Assembly (NCBI GenBank): GCA_963725865.1
Contig: CAVSAC010000012.1
Span: 576,001 to 640,000, forward strand
Direction of reading: 5' to 3'
DNA: 64,000 nt
Source of the DNA: Candidatus Eiseniibacteriota bacterium
GTDB lineage: Bacteria; Eisenbacteria; RBG-16-71-46
In this document: in pieces, positions 34,804-45,335 of the stretch
Position numbering within the stretch: the first letter of the stretch is position 1
How the letters are laid out: every line of letters begins with the position of its first letter
Program-made: the position numbers and the translations under genes
The notes under the pieces: model-generated
Told to the model about the DNA's origin: nothing
The model's input: only the letters and a program-made list of their open reading frames with translations
Databases searched by the model: none

Positions 34804-35187
34804 CTACTTCTTCTTCGGCGCGAAGGTCGTCCGGATGAACACGATCATGTCCTCGACCTGCTGGGGCTTGAGCTGCCCTGTCTTGCCCCAGGCGACCATG
34901 CCGGACTGGATCTTCCCGTTCGTGATGCAGTCGCGCAGGTAGTCGTCCGTGCGCTTGGGGTCGGCCCAGGTCTTCGCGTCTTTCCAGTTGGGGGTGGGGT
35001 TTCCGGTGAGCTTCACTCCGCCACTTCCGTCCGCTTTGTGGCAGGCGATGCACTTCGACATGAAGAGCGGCTTCGCGGTGGCGGGATTGCCCTTGGCCGG
35101 GCCGCCCAGCGCGACGCCGGCGACGGAGGTGAGTACCGCGAGACAGCAGAGGGTCAGCGCGGCACGCTTCCGGATGTCCATGCTCAT
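34804..35187 (-). CDS. Periplasmic mono-heme cytochrome c (class I)
   Basis: Signal peptide, CIACH, distal Met in GMVAW; AAGGAG SD. Confidence 0.92.
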   Translation of the reverse strand: MSMDIRKRAALTLCCLAVLTSVAGVALGGPAKGNPATAKPLFMSKCIACHKADGSGGVKLTGNPTPNWKDAKTWADPKRTDDYLRDCITNGKIQSGMVAWGKTGQLKPQQVEDMIVFIRTTFAPKKK

Positions 35188-35252
35188 CGTTTCTCCTTTG
35201 GTCACACGTCGAGAGCAGGCCCACGGGGAACGACCTGCTCGAGAGCCGCGGA

Positions 35253-35281
35253 AGACTAGCGGGCGTCCGCCGCACGGTCAA
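35253..35281 (-). promoter_or_regulatory. sigma70-type promoter for cytochrome c
   Basis: TTGACC-17 nt-TAGTCT on minus strand. Confidence 0.6.
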
Positions 35282-35497
35282 TCCGCAGCGTCCGCACGAG
35301 CGCCCACGGGCTTCGGATGGGATGAACACCACGAAGGATGCGGTGGGGACACGAGTCGCCGGCGAGCGAGTCCTTGACCCGCTTGAACGCGCGGTGATAG
35401 TTTCCGCTGCTGCATCATCTTACGCGCTCACGCGTGATGCCCGACCCCCCGGTCGCGCTCCTTATGACCGCTCCACCACCCCACTCCGAGGTGTGTC

Positions 35498-37600
35498 TTG
35501 AAGGAATTCACCACCGCGCAGATCCGCAACGTGGCACTCGTCGCCCACCACGGAGTCGGCAAGACATCGCTTGCCGAGGCCATGCTCTTCCTGGCGAAGG
35601 CGACCAACAGACTCGGCCGGATCGCCGACGGCACCACGCTGCTCGACTACGCCGCCGATGAGATCGCGCGGCAGATCACGATCAACCTCGGGCTCGCCCA
35701 GTTCGAATGGTCGGGGCACAAGGTCAACCTGCTGGACACGCCGGGCTACCCGGACTTCGTCGGTGACGTGTACAGCGCGCTGCGGGTCGCGGACTCCGCG
35801 ATCCTGATGCTGCGTGCGAACACCGGCGTCGAGGTGGGGACGGAGGTGGTCTGGGAGGTCCTCAAGCAGGAGAAGACGCCGGTCCTGGTCGTCGTGAACA
35901 CGATGGACAAGGAGCACGCCGACTTCATGGCTGCCGTCGCCTCGCTCCACGACAAGCTCGGGCTCAACGCGGTTCCGGCGCAGCTGCCGATCGGACAGGC
36001 CGAGACGTTCCACGGCATCGTCGACCTGATCGAGAACAAGGCGTATACGTTCTCGGGCAGGGGCATGGACGCGAAGAGCACGGAGGTCCCGCCGCCGGCC
36101 GACATGGCGGCCGCGATCGCCGAGGCGCGGGACCGCCTGATGGAGGAGGCCGCGACCGGCGACGAGGAGTTGATGAACAAGTTCCTCGAGAGCGGCGAGC
36201 TGAGCGAGGCCGAAATCCGCAGGGGCCTCTGCGAGCGCGTGGTGCTGGGCGATCTGATGCCCGTGTTCTGCTGCTCGGCGTTCAACAACCACGGCGTCAA
36301 GGAGGTGCTCGACGAGGTCGTCGACGTGCTTCCGTCGCCGCTGCACGTGAAGGCGCAGGTCGGCAAGCTGGGCGAGTCCACGCCCACGATCAGGCCCGAT
36401 GCGAGCGAGCCAGCGGTCGGCATGGTGTTCAAGACGCTCAGCGAGCAGCATCTCGGCGACCTGTCGCTGATCCGGATCTACGCCGGGCATCTGGAACCGG
36501 GCAAGGACGTCGTCAACAGCACCCGCAACCGTGCGGAGAAGATGAGCGCGCTCTACCATCTCGTGGGCAAGGAGCGCATCGAGTGCAAGAGCGGGGTCGC
36601 GGGCGACATCATCGCGGCGGTGAAGCTCAAGGAGACCCACACCGGCGACACGCTGGCGGACAAGTCGCGTCCGTTGGTGCTGACGCCGCCCGACTTCCCG
36701 AGCCCGGTCACGGCCGAGTGCGTGAAGGCCAAGAACAAGGGCGACGAGGAGAAGATCTCCACCGGTCTCACTCGCCTGCACGAGGAGGACCCGACCTTCA
36801 GGCGTTCTTACGAGACCAGCACCCACGAGACGCTGGTCTACGGGATGGGAGACCTGCAGATCGAGGTGATGGTCGAGCGGCTCAAGAAGAAATACGGCGT
36901 CGAAGTGGTGCTCTCCAAGCCTCACGTGCCGTATCGCGAGACCATCAAGGGCAAGGCGGAGGGTGACTACCGGCACAAGAAGCAGACCGGCGGCCGCGGC
37001 CAGTTCGGCGAGGTCCACCTCCGGCTGCAGCCCACGCCGCGCGGAGAGGGCTTCCGCTTCGTCGACGAGATCAAGGGCGGTGTGGTGCCGAACCAGTTCA
37101 TCCCCGCGGTCGAGAAGGGCGTCGTCGCGGGCATGGAACGCGGCCCGCTCGCCGGCTATCCCGTGGTCGACGTGCAAGTGGCGCTGTTCTTCGGCAAGTA
37201 CCACGACGTCGACTCGTCGGAGATGGCGTTCAAGATCGCTGGCGAGTCGTGTTTTCACGAGGTCATGAAGCGGCCCGAGGCCAAAGCGGTGCTGCTGGAG
37301 CCCATCGAGAACGTGGTGGTGCGAGTTCCCGGCGACTTCCTCGGCGACGTGATGGGCGACCTCTCGGTGCGGCGCGGCCGCATCCTCAGGACCGACACGG
37401 ACGGCGGGCATCAGGTCATCCACGCCGAGGTGCCGAGCGCCGAGCTCTACAAGTACTCGGCCCAGCTGCGCTCCCTCACCCAGGGCCGCGGCATGCACGC
37501 TCAGAAGTTCGCCCGCTACGAAGAAGTGCCACGCGAGCATTCCGAGAAGGTGGTCGCGGCGGCCAAGGCCGAGCGCGAGGCGAACGCCAACGCGTCGTGA
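35498..37600 (+). CDS. fusA2: Elongation factor G paralog (EF-G2 type)
   Basis: TTG start with GAGGTG SD; AHHGVGKT, RQITI, DTPGY, KQTGGRGQFG, HDVDSSEMAF. Confidence 0.92.
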   Translation: MKEFTTAQIRNVALVAHHGVGKTSLAEAMLFLAKATNRLGRIADGTTLLDYAADEIARQITINLGLAQFEWSGHKVNLLDTPGYPDFVGDVYSALRVADSAILMLRANTGVEVGTEVVWEVLKQEKTPVLVVVNTMDKEHADFMAAVASLHDKLGLNAVPAQLPIGQAETFHGIVDLIENKAYTFSGRGMDAKSTEVPPPADMAAAIAEARDRLMEEAATGDEELMNKFLESGELSEAEIRRGLCERVVLGDLMPVFCCSAFNNHGVKEVLDEVVDVLPSPLHVKAQVGKLGESTPTIRPDASEPAVGMVFKTLSEQHLGDLSLIRIYAGHLEPGKDVVNSTRNRAEKMSALYHLVGKERIECKSGVAGDIIAAVKLKETHTGDTLADKSRPLVLTPPDFPSPVTAECVKAKNKGDEEKISTGLTRLHEEDPTFRRSYETSTHETLVYGMGDLQIEVMVERLKKKYGVEVVLSKPHVPYRETIKGKAEGDYRHKKQTGGRGQFGEVHLRLQPTPRGEGFRFVDEIKGGVVPNQFIPAVEKGVVAGMERGPLAGYPVVDVQVALFFGKYHDVDSSEMAFKIAGESCFHEVMKRPEAKAVLLEPIENVVVRVPGDFLGDVMGDLSVRRGRILRTDTDGGHQVIHAEVPSAELYKYSAQLRSLTQGRGMHAQKFARYEEVPREHSEKVVAAAKAEREANANAS

Positions 37601-37620
37601 GGCTCGGCGGGAGGTGAGGC

Positions 37621-38370
37621 ATGTCCGGTCATTCCAAATGGGCCACCATCAAGCGCAAGAAGGCGGCGACCGACCAGGCGCGCGGCAAGATGTTCTCCAA
37701 GTACATCAAGGAGATCACCATCGCCGCGCGGCACGGGGGCGGCGACCTCGAGTCGAATCCGCGCTTGCGGACCGCGATCGCGGCGGCGAAGGCGGTCAAC
37801 ATGCCGGCCGGGAACATCGAGCGCGCCGTCAAGCGCGGGACCGGTGAGGTCGAAGGCGCGACGTACGAGGAGGCCACGTACGAGGGCTACGCGCCCGGCG
37901 GGGTCGCGCTGCTCATCGAGGTCGCGACCGACAATCGCAACCGCACGGCGGGCGACGTGCGCCACATCCTCACGCGCTTCGGGGGCAACATGGCCGAGGC
38001 CGGGGCGGTGTCGTACCTGTTCAAGCCCAAGGGCATCCTGATCGTCGACGCGTCGGCGATCGGGGAGGACGCGCTCATCGAGGTCGCGCTCGACGCCGGA
38101 GCCGAGGACGTCGCGTCGGCCGGCGAGCACTACGAGGTCACCACCCCGCCCGCGGCGTTCGAGACGGTGAAGGAGGCGCTCGCGGCGAAGGGCATCCCGG
38201 TCCAGAGCGCGGACCTGACCAAGGTGGCGAGTCTCCAGGTCCCGGTCGGTGAGAAGGACGGCGGCTCGCTGTTCCGCCTCATCGAGGCGCTCGAGGATCA
38301 CGACGACGTGCAAAAGGTCCATGCGAACTTCGACATGTCCGACGAACTCCTCGCCAAGCTGTCCCACTGA
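37621..38370 (+). CDS. yebC: YebC/PmpR-family protein
   Basis: MSGHSKWATIKRKK, YEGYAPGG, TDNRNRT. Confidence 0.96.
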   Translation: MSGHSKWATIKRKKAATDQARGKMFSKYIKEITIAARHGGGDLESNPRLRTAIAAAKAVNMPAGNIERAVKRGTGEVEGATYEEATYEGYAPGGVALLIEVATDNRNRTAGDVRHILTRFGGNMAEAGAVSYLFKPKGILIVDASAIGEDALIEVALDAGAEDVASAGEHYEVTTPPAAFETVKEALAAKGIPVQSADLTKVASLQVPVGEKDGGSLFRLIEALEDHDDVQKVHANFDMSDELLAKLSH

Positions 38371-38386
38371 CGCCGCGGTGACCGGC

Positions 38387-38929
38387 ATGCGAGTCCTGGG
38401 ATTGGACCCCGGCAGCCGGCGCACCGGATTCGGCGTGGTGGAGTGCCATGGGAACACCTATCGTTGCCTCGCGCACGGGGCCGCCACCGCACGAGCCTCG
38501 CTCGATCTTCCGCATCGCCTGCACGTCATCGTCGCGCGTGCCGCGGAGGTGATGGACGAGTTCCACCCCGACGTCGTCGCGGTCGAGGAGGCGTTCTACC
38601 ACGAGAGCGTCCGGTCGACGCTGGTGCTGGGCCACGTGCGCGGGGCGCTGCTCGTGGCTGCGATCCAGCGGGGGTACGAAGTGGCCGAGTACACGCCGCG
38701 CGAGGTGAAGATGAGCGTCACGGGAACGGGAGCGGGATCGAAGGAACAGGTCGCGTTCATGGTGCGCCGCCTGCTCGCCGTGACGGGCACGCTCGGCGCC
38801 GACGCGTCCGACGCGCTCGCGATCGCGCTCTGCCATCTCCACCGGGCCCGCCGGCCGGAGTCCGCACGCGCGGCATCTGCGGCGGGGCAGCGACTGGCCG
38901 CGCTGCTGGCGCGCCGGGGCGGACGATGA
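38387..38929 (+). CDS. ruvC: Holliday junction resolvase
   Basis: LGLDPG, AVEE, K..VTGTG, KEQV, DASDALAIA. Confidence 0.96.
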   Translation: MRVLGLDPGSRRTGFGVVECHGNTYRCLAHGAATARASLDLPHRLHVIVARAAEVMDEFHPDVVAVEEAFYHESVRSTLVLGHVRGALLVAAIQRGYEVAEYTPREVKMSVTGTGAGSKEQVAFMVRRLLAVTGTLGADASDALAIALCHLHRARRPESARAASAAGQRLAALLARRGGR

Positions 38930-39564
38930 TCGCCAGTCTCCGCGGCACGGTCCTCGAGCGCTCGCCGGCGCACGGCGTGATCGAATGCGCGGGGGTCGGC
39001 TACTTCGTCCACGTCTCGACGCAGACCGCCGCGGCGCTTCCTGCAGTCGGTGAGCCGGTCACGCTGCGCACGCGTCAGGTCGTGCGCGAGGACTCGGTAC
39101 AGCTGTTCGGGTTCGCCGACGCCGACGAGCTGCGCCTCTTCGACCTGCTGATCGGCGTCAACGGTGTCGGCCCACGGCTGGCGCTCGCGGTGCTCTCGGG
39201 CCTCAAGCCGCAGGCGCTGGCGCGAGCGATCCGCGAGGAGCACGTCGCGGCGCTGGTCACGATCCCCGGCATCGGCCGCAAGACCGCCGAGCGCCTGGTT
39301 GTCGAACTGCGTGACAAGCTCGAGACGCTGACGATCTCGGGCCTCGTCGGTTCCCCGCGCGACGGGGCGGCGCTCCCGCGCAACGAGCGGTTCGAGGACG
39401 CCGTCGCCGCGCTGGTCGCCCTCGGCTACACTGGGCCGCAGGCCGCCGATGCGATCCGCAAGGCGGCCGAGGCGGACGACGATCCCTCGCTCGAAGACCT
39501 GGTACGCCGCGCGCTCGCGCGGCTCGGCAAGGCGGCGGTGACGTCGGCAGGAGGGATCCGATGA
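38926..39564 (+). CDS. ruvA: Holliday junction branch migration protein RuvA
   Basis: [38 protein letters not shown]. Confidence 0.96.
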   Translation: MIASLRGTVLERSPAHGVIECAGVGYFVHVSTQTAAALPAVGEPVTLRTRQVVREDSVQLFGFADADELRLFDLLIGVNGVGPRLALAVLSGLKPQALARAIREEHVAALVTIPGIGRKTAERLVVELRDKLETLTISGLVGSPRDGAALPRNERFEDAVAALVALGYTGPQAADAIRKAAEADDDPSLEDLVRRALARLGKAAVTSAGGIR

Positions 39565-40646
39565 CAGACAGCCGACGACCCGGGCCCGAGCCACCGCACC
39601 CGGAGCACCCGCCCCGCATTGCCGATCCCGAGGCGTTCCCCGAGGACGTCCGCGAGGAGTCGCGGCTGCGGCCGCTGGCGCTCGCGGACTTCGTCGGGCA
39701 GCCGCTGGTCAAGGAGCAGCTGGCGATCTTCCTCGAGGCCACCAGGCGGCGCGGCGAAGCGCTCGACCACGTGCTGTTCCACGGCCCGCCGGGACTGGGC
39801 AAGACCACGCTCGCTTCGATCCTCGCGCACGAGCTCGGCGTCGAGATCACCCACACCTCGGGTCCGGTGATCGAGCGCCCCGGCGACCTCGCGGGGCTGC
39901 TCACGAACCTCGGCCCGCGCGGCATCCTGTTCATCGACGAGATCCATCGCCTGAGCCCGGTGGTGGAGGAGTACCTCTATCCCGCGCTCGAGGACTTCAC
40001 GCTCGACATCCTGCTGGATCGCGGCCCGAGCGCGCGCTCGCTCAAGATCAACCTCGAGCGCTTCACGCTCGTGGGTGCGACCACGCGCTCGGGCCTGCTC
40101 TCGTCCCCGCTGCGTGCGCGGTTCGGGATGACGCTGCGCCTCGACTACTACGGATCCGAGGACCTGGCCCGCATCGTCGAGCGCTCCGCGTCCATCCTCA
40201 AGGTGGAGATCGAGGCCGACGCGTCCGCCGAGATCGCGCGTCGCGCGCGCGGGACGCCCCGCGTGGCGAATCGCCTGTTGCGCCGCGTGCGCGACGTGGC
40301 GCTCATCAAGGGGGACGGCCGCGTGGACATCGGCATCGCGCGCGAAGCGCTGCGGCTGCTCGAGGTGGACGGGCGCGGGCTCGACGAAATGGACCGGCGC
40401 CTGCTCGATGCCCTCATCACCAAGTACGGGGGCGGGCCGGTGGGTCTCGGCACGCTCGCGGTGGTGGTGGGCGAGGAGCCGGGCACGCTCGAGGACGTAT
40501 ACGAGCCGTACCTGGTGCAGGAGGGCTTCATCAAGCGCACGTCGCGCGGCCGCGAGGCGACGCCGCTCGCGTACGCCCACCTCGGACTGCCGTTGCCGGG
40601 CATCGCGCGCGACGCGACGAGGCAGCCCGAGCTACCGCTGCCCTGA
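39561..40646 (+). CDS. ruvB: Holliday junction branch migration helicase RuvB
   Basis: [33 protein letters not shown]. Confidence 0.98.
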   Translation: MTDSRRPGPEPPHPEHPPRIADPEAFPEDVREESRLRPLALADFVGQPLVKEQLAIFLEATRRRGEALDHVLFHGPPGLGKTTLASILAHELGVEITHTSGPVIERPGDLAGLLTNLGPRGILFIDEIHRLSPVVEEYLYPALEDFTLDILLDRGPSARSLKINLERFTLVGATTRSGLLSSPLRARFGMTLRLDYYGSEDLARIVERSASILKVEIEADASAEIARRARGTPRVANRLLRRVRDVALIKGDGRVDIGIAREALRLLEVDGRGLDEMDRRLLDALITKYGGGPVGLGTLAVVVGEEPGTLEDVYEPYLVQEGFIKRTSRGREATPLAYAHLGLPLPGIARDATRQPELPLP

Positions 40647-40668
40647 CGCGGCCGCTGCCGCGCGCGCC

Positions 40669-41697
40669 GTGCGCCTCGACGAGCTCGACTACCACCTGCC
40701 GCCGGAGCTGATCGCGCAGCGTCCGGCCGAGCACCGCGACGCCGCGCGGCTCCTGGTCGTGGAGCGCGCCGGCGGCCGCCTCCACGACACCACGATCTCG
40801 GAGTTGGGCACGTGGCTGCGCGCGGGCGATGCGCTGGCGCTCAACGAGACCCGCGTCATCCCCGCGCGTCTGCACGTCCAGCGGGCGAGCGGTGGCCGCG
40901 TCGAGCTGCTGCTGGTGCGGCCGGAGCCCGACGGCGGTTGGCGCGTGCTCGCGCGACCCGCCAAGAAGGCCCCGCCCGGTGGCCGGCTCGCCACGCCGGA
41001 CGGTTCGCTCGAGCTGGAGGTCGCCGGCGCTGGCGACGAGGGGGAGCGCGTGGTGCGCGTGGTGCGCGGCGATCTCCAGGCGACGCTCGCGGCACACGGC
41101 GAGGTGCCGCTGCCGCCCTACATCCATCGCAGCGCCGACGCCCGCGATCGCGAGCGCTACCAGACGGTGTACGCGCGCGTCGACGGCGCGGTGGCTTCGC
41201 CCACGGCGGGGCTCCATTTCACGCCCGAGCTCCTCTCGGCACTCGAGCACCGCGGGATCGTCCACGTGCGCATCGTCCTGCACGTCGGGCCCGGCACGTT
41301 CCGGCCGATCGCGACCGCGGATCCATCGCAGCACCGCATGGACGAGGAGTGGTTCGAGGTCGGTGCGGCTGCGGCCGCGGCGCTCGCCGGTGCCCGGGCC
41401 CGCGGCGGACGTGTCGTCGCGGTCGGTACCACCTCCGTGCGCGCGCTGGAGTCCGCGTGCGACACGCATGCCGGAGCCCTCGGTGCCGCGGCGGGCTGGA
41501 CGCGCAAGTTCATCGTGCCGCCCTACCGCTTCCAGGCGGTGGACGCGCTGCTCACGAACTTCCACCTGCCACGCACCACGCTGCTCCTGCTGGTCGCGGC
41601 GTTCGCGGGCGAGGACCTGATGAAGCGGGCGTATGCCCACGCGGTGGCGGAGCGCTACCGATTCTATTCCTACGGGGACGCGATGCTGGTGGTGTGA
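40669..41697 (+). CDS. queA: SAM:tRNA ribosyltransferase-isomerase
   Basis: LPPELIAQRP, PLPPYI, PTAGLHF, HVGPGTF, TNFHLP, YSYGDAML. Confidence 0.97.
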   Translation: MRLDELDYHLPPELIAQRPAEHRDAARLLVVERAGGRLHDTTISELGTWLRAGDALALNETRVIPARLHVQRASGGRVELLLVRPEPDGGWRVLARPAKKAPPGGRLATPDGSLELEVAGAGDEGERVVRVVRGDLQATLAAHGEVPLPPYIHRSADARDRERYQTVYARVDGAVASPTAGLHFTPELLSALEHRGIVHVRIVLHVGPGTFRPIATADPSQHRMDEEWFEVGAAAAAALAGARARGGRVVAVGTTSVRALESACDTHAGALGAAAGWTRKFIVPPYRFQAVDALLTNFHLPRTTLLLLVAAFAGEDLMKRAYAHAVAERYRFYSYGDAMLVV

Positions 41698-41704
41698 GCG
41701 CAGA

Positions 41705-43255
41705 TCAGAGCGGCGGGTTGCCGTGCTTCTTGTGCGGCAGGACCTGCTTCTTGTCGCGCAGCATCTCGAGCGCGGCGATCAGTCGCGGCCGCGTGTCCTG
41801 GGGCTCGATGACGTCGTCGAGGTAGCCCAGCTCGGCCGCCACCCACGGGCTCGCGAAGCGGTCGTTGTACTCCGCGATCAAGCGTTTGCGCTCGGCGACC
41901 GGGTCGGCGACCTTCGCCAGCTCCTCGCGGTAGAGGATGTTCACCGCGCCGTCGGCGCCCATCACCGCCATCTCCGCGGATGGCCAGGCCACGTTGTAGT
42001 CGCCGCGGATGTGCTTGCTCGACATGACGTCGTACGCGCCGCCGTAGGCCTTGCGCACCACCACGGTCAGCTTGGGCACGGTGGCCTCGCAGTAGGCGTA
42101 GAGCAGCTTGGCGCCGTGGCGGATGATGCCGCCCCATTCCTGCCGCGTCCCCGGCAGGAAGCCCGGCACGTCCTCGAACGTGATCAGCGGGACGTTGAAC
42201 GCGTCGCAGCAGCGGACGAAGCGCGCGCCCTTCACCGAGGAGTCGATGTCGAGCACCCCGGCGAGCACGCGCGGCTGGTTGCCCACGATGCCGACCGGTC
42301 GTCCGTTCAGCCGCGCGAATCCCACGATCAGGTTCGGCGCGAAGTGCTCGTGCACCTCGAAGAAGTCGCCGTCGTCCACGACCCGCCGCACGATCTCCTT
42401 CATGTCGTAGGGGCGGTCCGGGGATTCCGGCACCAGCGTCGCCAGCTCGGGATCGCGGCGATCGACAGGATCGGTGCAAGCGTGCCGCGGCGGATCCTCG
42501 GCGTTGTTGGACGGCAGGAACGAGAGGAGCCGCCGCACGTGGCGCAGCGCGTCGGCATCGTCGCGGGCCGCGAAGTGCGCGACGCCGCTCTTGGTGTTGT
42601 GCGTCATCGCGCCGCCGAGATCCTCGAACGAGACCTCCTCGGAGGTCACCGCCTTGATGACCTCGGGGCCCGTCACGAACATGTGGCTGGTGCTCTGCAC
42701 CATGATGGTGAAGTCGGTGATCGCGGGGGAGTACACGGCGCCACCCGCACAGGGCCCGAGGATCGCCGAGATCTGAGGGATCACACCCGACGCGAGGGTG
42801 TTGCGCAGGAACACGTCGGCGTAGGCCCCCAGCGAGACCACGCCCTCCTGGATGCGGGCGCCGCCGGAGTCGTTCAACCCCACGACCGGGGCGCCATTGT
42901 CCATCGCGAGATCCATGATGGCGCAGATCTTCCGGCCATTCGCCTCGCTCATCGTGCCACCGAACACGGTGAAGTCCTGCGCGAAACAGTAGACGAGCCG
43001 GCCGTCCACGTGCCCCCAGCCGGCGACGACCCCGTCTCCCGTGATGCGGCGCCCCGCCATGCCGAAGTCCTGGGCCCGGTGGGTGACGAACGCCCCCAGC
43101 TCCACGAAAGAGCCGGGATCGAGCAGGAGCTCGATGCGCTCGCGGGCGGTCAGCCGCCCTTGTGCATGAATCTTGCCCACCCGCTCGGGGCCACCGCCCT
43201 CCAGGGACTGCTGGCGGCGTCGGCGCAGCTCGGTCAGACGTTGTTCGCGGTCCAC
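41705..43255 (-). CDS. pccB: Acyl-CoA carboxylase carboxyltransferase subunit (propionyl-CoA carboxylase beta-like)
   Basis: [44 protein letters not shown] start with GGAGG SD. Confidence 0.9.
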   Translation of the reverse strand: MDREQRLTELRRRRQQSLEGGGPERVGKIHAQGRLTARERIELLLDPGSFVELGAFVTHRAQDFGMAGRRITGDGVVAGWGHVDGRLVYCFAQDFTVFGGTMSEANGRKICAIMDLAMDNGAPVVGLNDSGGARIQEGVVSLGAYADVFLRNTLASGVIPQISAILGPCAGGAVYSPAITDFTIMVQSTSHMFVTGPEVIKAVTSEEVSFEDLGGAMTHNTKSGVAHFAARDDADALRHVRRLLSFLPSNNAEDPPRHACTDPVDRRDPELATLVPESPDRPYDMKEIVRRVVDDGDFFEVHEHFAPNLIVGFARLNGRPVGIVGNQPRVLAGVLDIDSSVKGARFVRCCDAFNVPLITFEDVPGFLPGTRQEWGGIIRHGAKLLYAYCEATVPKLTVVVRKAYGGAYDVMSSKHIRGDYNVAWPSAEMAVMGADGAVNILYREELAKVADPVAERKRLIAEYNDRFASPWVAAELGYLDDVIEPQDTRPRLIAALEMLRDKKQVLPHKKHGNPPL

Positions 43256-43461
43256 GCTCCCTCCCGGTTTCGCTGCGTCAGGACGCCGCAGCGTAGGGAC
43301 GGCGCGCGGGCCGGTCAAGGTCGCGACAGGCCCGGGGTCCGCCCGCTCGGCCCATGCATCGCGCACGATTGGACACTGCAAGCTTCATCGCGCGCCCGAC
43401 GGGCTGGCCGTGCCGCGCCCGCAAGCCACGCCTTTGCCGAGGTGGAAGTTAGCGCTCCAGT

Positions 43462-43476
43462 CGGCACCGTTCTTGC
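43462..43476 (+). promoter_or_regulatory. Putative sigma54 promoter of the pilin operon
   Basis: CGGCACC-GTTC-TTGC, correct -24/-12 spacing, 43 nt upstream of ATG. Confidence 0.65.
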
Positions 43477-43519
43477 CGATGACCAAGACGGGAGAATCTA
43501 TCCGGATGGGGGAGCGCCG

Positions 43520-44002
43520 ATGAATCGTGCGAGGGGTTTCACGTTGATCGAGACGATGATCACGGTCGTGGTGGCCGGGATCATCATGGCCTTCGGCATC
43601 CCGGCGTTCCTCGGGTTCCAGAAGTCGCTCGCCCACGTCCAGGCGCGCGAGCGGCTGATCCAGGACATCCGGACGGCGCGCCAGGTCGCGGTCACCCGCC
43701 ACCAGCGCGTCATCATGGCGTTCGGGACCCCGCCTGCCACGACCAATCTGACCCGCTACTCCACGCTGGTGGACGCCGATGGGGACGGTGTCCGGGACGC
43801 CAACGAATGGGTGCTCGAGCGCCAGTTGCCCTCGGGCGCCACGCTCGAGCAGGTGAACCTGACTCCCACGGACTCACTGCTCTTCGACCCCAGTGGGGCG
43901 CTCCGTCCCGGCACCAGCGGCGGCGTGCTCATCTCGGGCAACGGTCGCGGCAAGGCCGACACCCTGTACATCTCGGGGGTCGGCATGGTGTTCCAGCGAT
44001 GA
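43520..44002 (+). CDS. Type IV minor pilin, FimT/GspH-like
   Basis: Class III signal RG|FTLIE, DIRTARQVAV, FDPSG. Confidence 0.88.
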   Translation: MNRARGFTLIETMITVVVAGIIMAFGIPAFLGFQKSLAHVQARERLIQDIRTARQVAVTRHQRVIMAFGTPPATTNLTRYSTLVDADGDGVRDANEWVLERQLPSGATLEQVNLTPTDSLLFDPSGALRPGTSGGVLISGNGRGKADTLYISGVGMVFQR

Positions 44003-44424
44003 GGGCCAACGTCATGCAGAGCCTGCCTCGGGTGCGCGTGCGCGGCACGCGCGGGTTCACGTTGATCGAAGTGATGGTCGCGCTGGTGGTGTTCGCCATC
44101 GGCGTGCTCAGCCTCGCGGCGCTCATCCCGCTCGGCACCAAGGGCATTTCGCGCTCCGGCGAGACCACCCGCGCCTCGGAGCTCTCGGCGTCGACGATCG
44201 AGCGCCTGCTCGCCACCCCGTACGGGGACGGCGACCTGGACGCAGGCGCGCACAGCGACCCGCAGAATCCCTACAACGGCCGCTACTGGACCACGTGGTC
44301 GGTCGAGGACAACCAGCCCATCACCGACTGCAAGCGCGTCACGGTGACGGTCCGCTGGCCGCGCTCGGGATCCCCGACGAACGTTCGGGTCATCGGCGTC
44401 AAGCCGCGATCGGAAGGAGAGTAG
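43999..44424 (+). CDS. Type IV minor pilin, PilV-like
   Basis: RG|FTLIEVMVALVVFAIGVLSL, KRVTVTVRW; ATGA overlap. Confidence 0.88.
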   Translation: MRANVMQSLPRVRVRGTRGFTLIEVMVALVVFAIGVLSLAALIPLGTKGISRSGETTRASELSASTIERLLATPYGDGDLDAGAHSDPQNPYNGRYWTTWSVEDNQPITDCKRVTVTVRWPRSGSPTNVRVIGVKPRSEGE

Positions 44425-44426
44425 CC

Positions 44427-45320
44427 GTGGTCAGCCTCCGCGACAGGCTCCGGGACGAACGTGGGTTCGGACTCATCGAGCTCATGGTCACGCTCGCCGT
44501 GCTCGGCATCGTCATGCTCGGCATGTTCACGGCGTTCTTCCGGACCAGTGACGAGTCGAGCCGCATGAGCAGGTTGATCGAGTTCCGCCAGAGCGCCCGC
44601 GCCTCCGTCCAGCTGATCGAGCGCGACGTGCGGATGGCGGGCTCGGGCTGGGGCCGCTCATCGGTGGTGGTTTCCTCCGGTACCGACTCGCTGTGGGGCG
44701 CCCTCTCGGCCGGACCCGGCACGGGACCCAACGATTCGCTCACCGTGTTCGGTGCCTGGTCGAACTCCTCACGGCTGACGGTCAGCATGCCGTTCCCCTC
44801 GTCGACGCTGCGCGTGAGGGCCACGGATGTCGCGAGCTTCCCGATCGGCTCACTGGTGGTCGTCACCGATCCCGAGAGCCAGACCTGGCACATGTTCTGT
44901 GTCACCGGCATCGCCGGCAGCGACCTCCAGCACGCCACGTCGTCGAGCTACAACAACACCACGAATCTCCAGGTGCTCTGGCCGCTCAACGGCTACCCGG
45001 TCGGCTCGGCGGTCTATCGCGTGAGCCGGCTGACCTACCGCGTCGACTCCACCAACTTCGGGCGCCCGTGCCTGGTCCGCCAGGAGATCGGGGGCTCGCC
45101 GCAGGTGGTGGCCTACGACCTCAATCGTTTCCAGGTGTGGTACCGCATGCAGGACAGCACCCTGACTCGGAACCCGACCGCCTGGGGCGTTGCGAATGGA
45201 GTCAACGGGAAAGACTTCATCTCGCAGGTGCAGCCGCGCATCTGCGTCCGCGTGACCGGAAGGAACCGGCCGACCCTCCTCGATTCCGTGTGGGCCGAGG
45301 TGCGGCCCCGAACCTTCTAG
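44427..45320 (+). CDS. Type IV minor pilin, PilW-like
   Basis: RG|FGLIELMV, IERDVRMAG; AAGGAG SD before GTG. Confidence 0.87.
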   Translation: MVSLRDRLRDERGFGLIELMVTLAVLGIVMLGMFTAFFRTSDESSRMSRLIEFRQSARASVQLIERDVRMAGSGWGRSSVVVSSGTDSLWGALSAGPGTGPNDSLTVFGAWSNSSRLTVSMPFPSSTLRVRATDVASFPIGSLVVVTDPESQTWHMFCVTGIAGSDLQHATSSSYNNTTNLQVLWPLNGYPVGSAVYRVSRLTYRVDSTNFGRPCLVRQEIGGSPQVVAYDLNRFQVWYRMQDSTLTRNPTAWGVANGVNGKDFISQVQPRICVRVTGRNRPTLLDSVWAEVRPRTF

Positions 45321-45335
45321 CCTCGGAGGTCGACC

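Noticed and set aside
41633..44002. 789-aa ORF appearing to fuse a long N-terminus to the first pilin (similarly 52780-55629 and 48973-50937)
   Set aside because: The upstream parts are shadows of neighbouring genes; better starts lie at 43520, 53853 and about 49863
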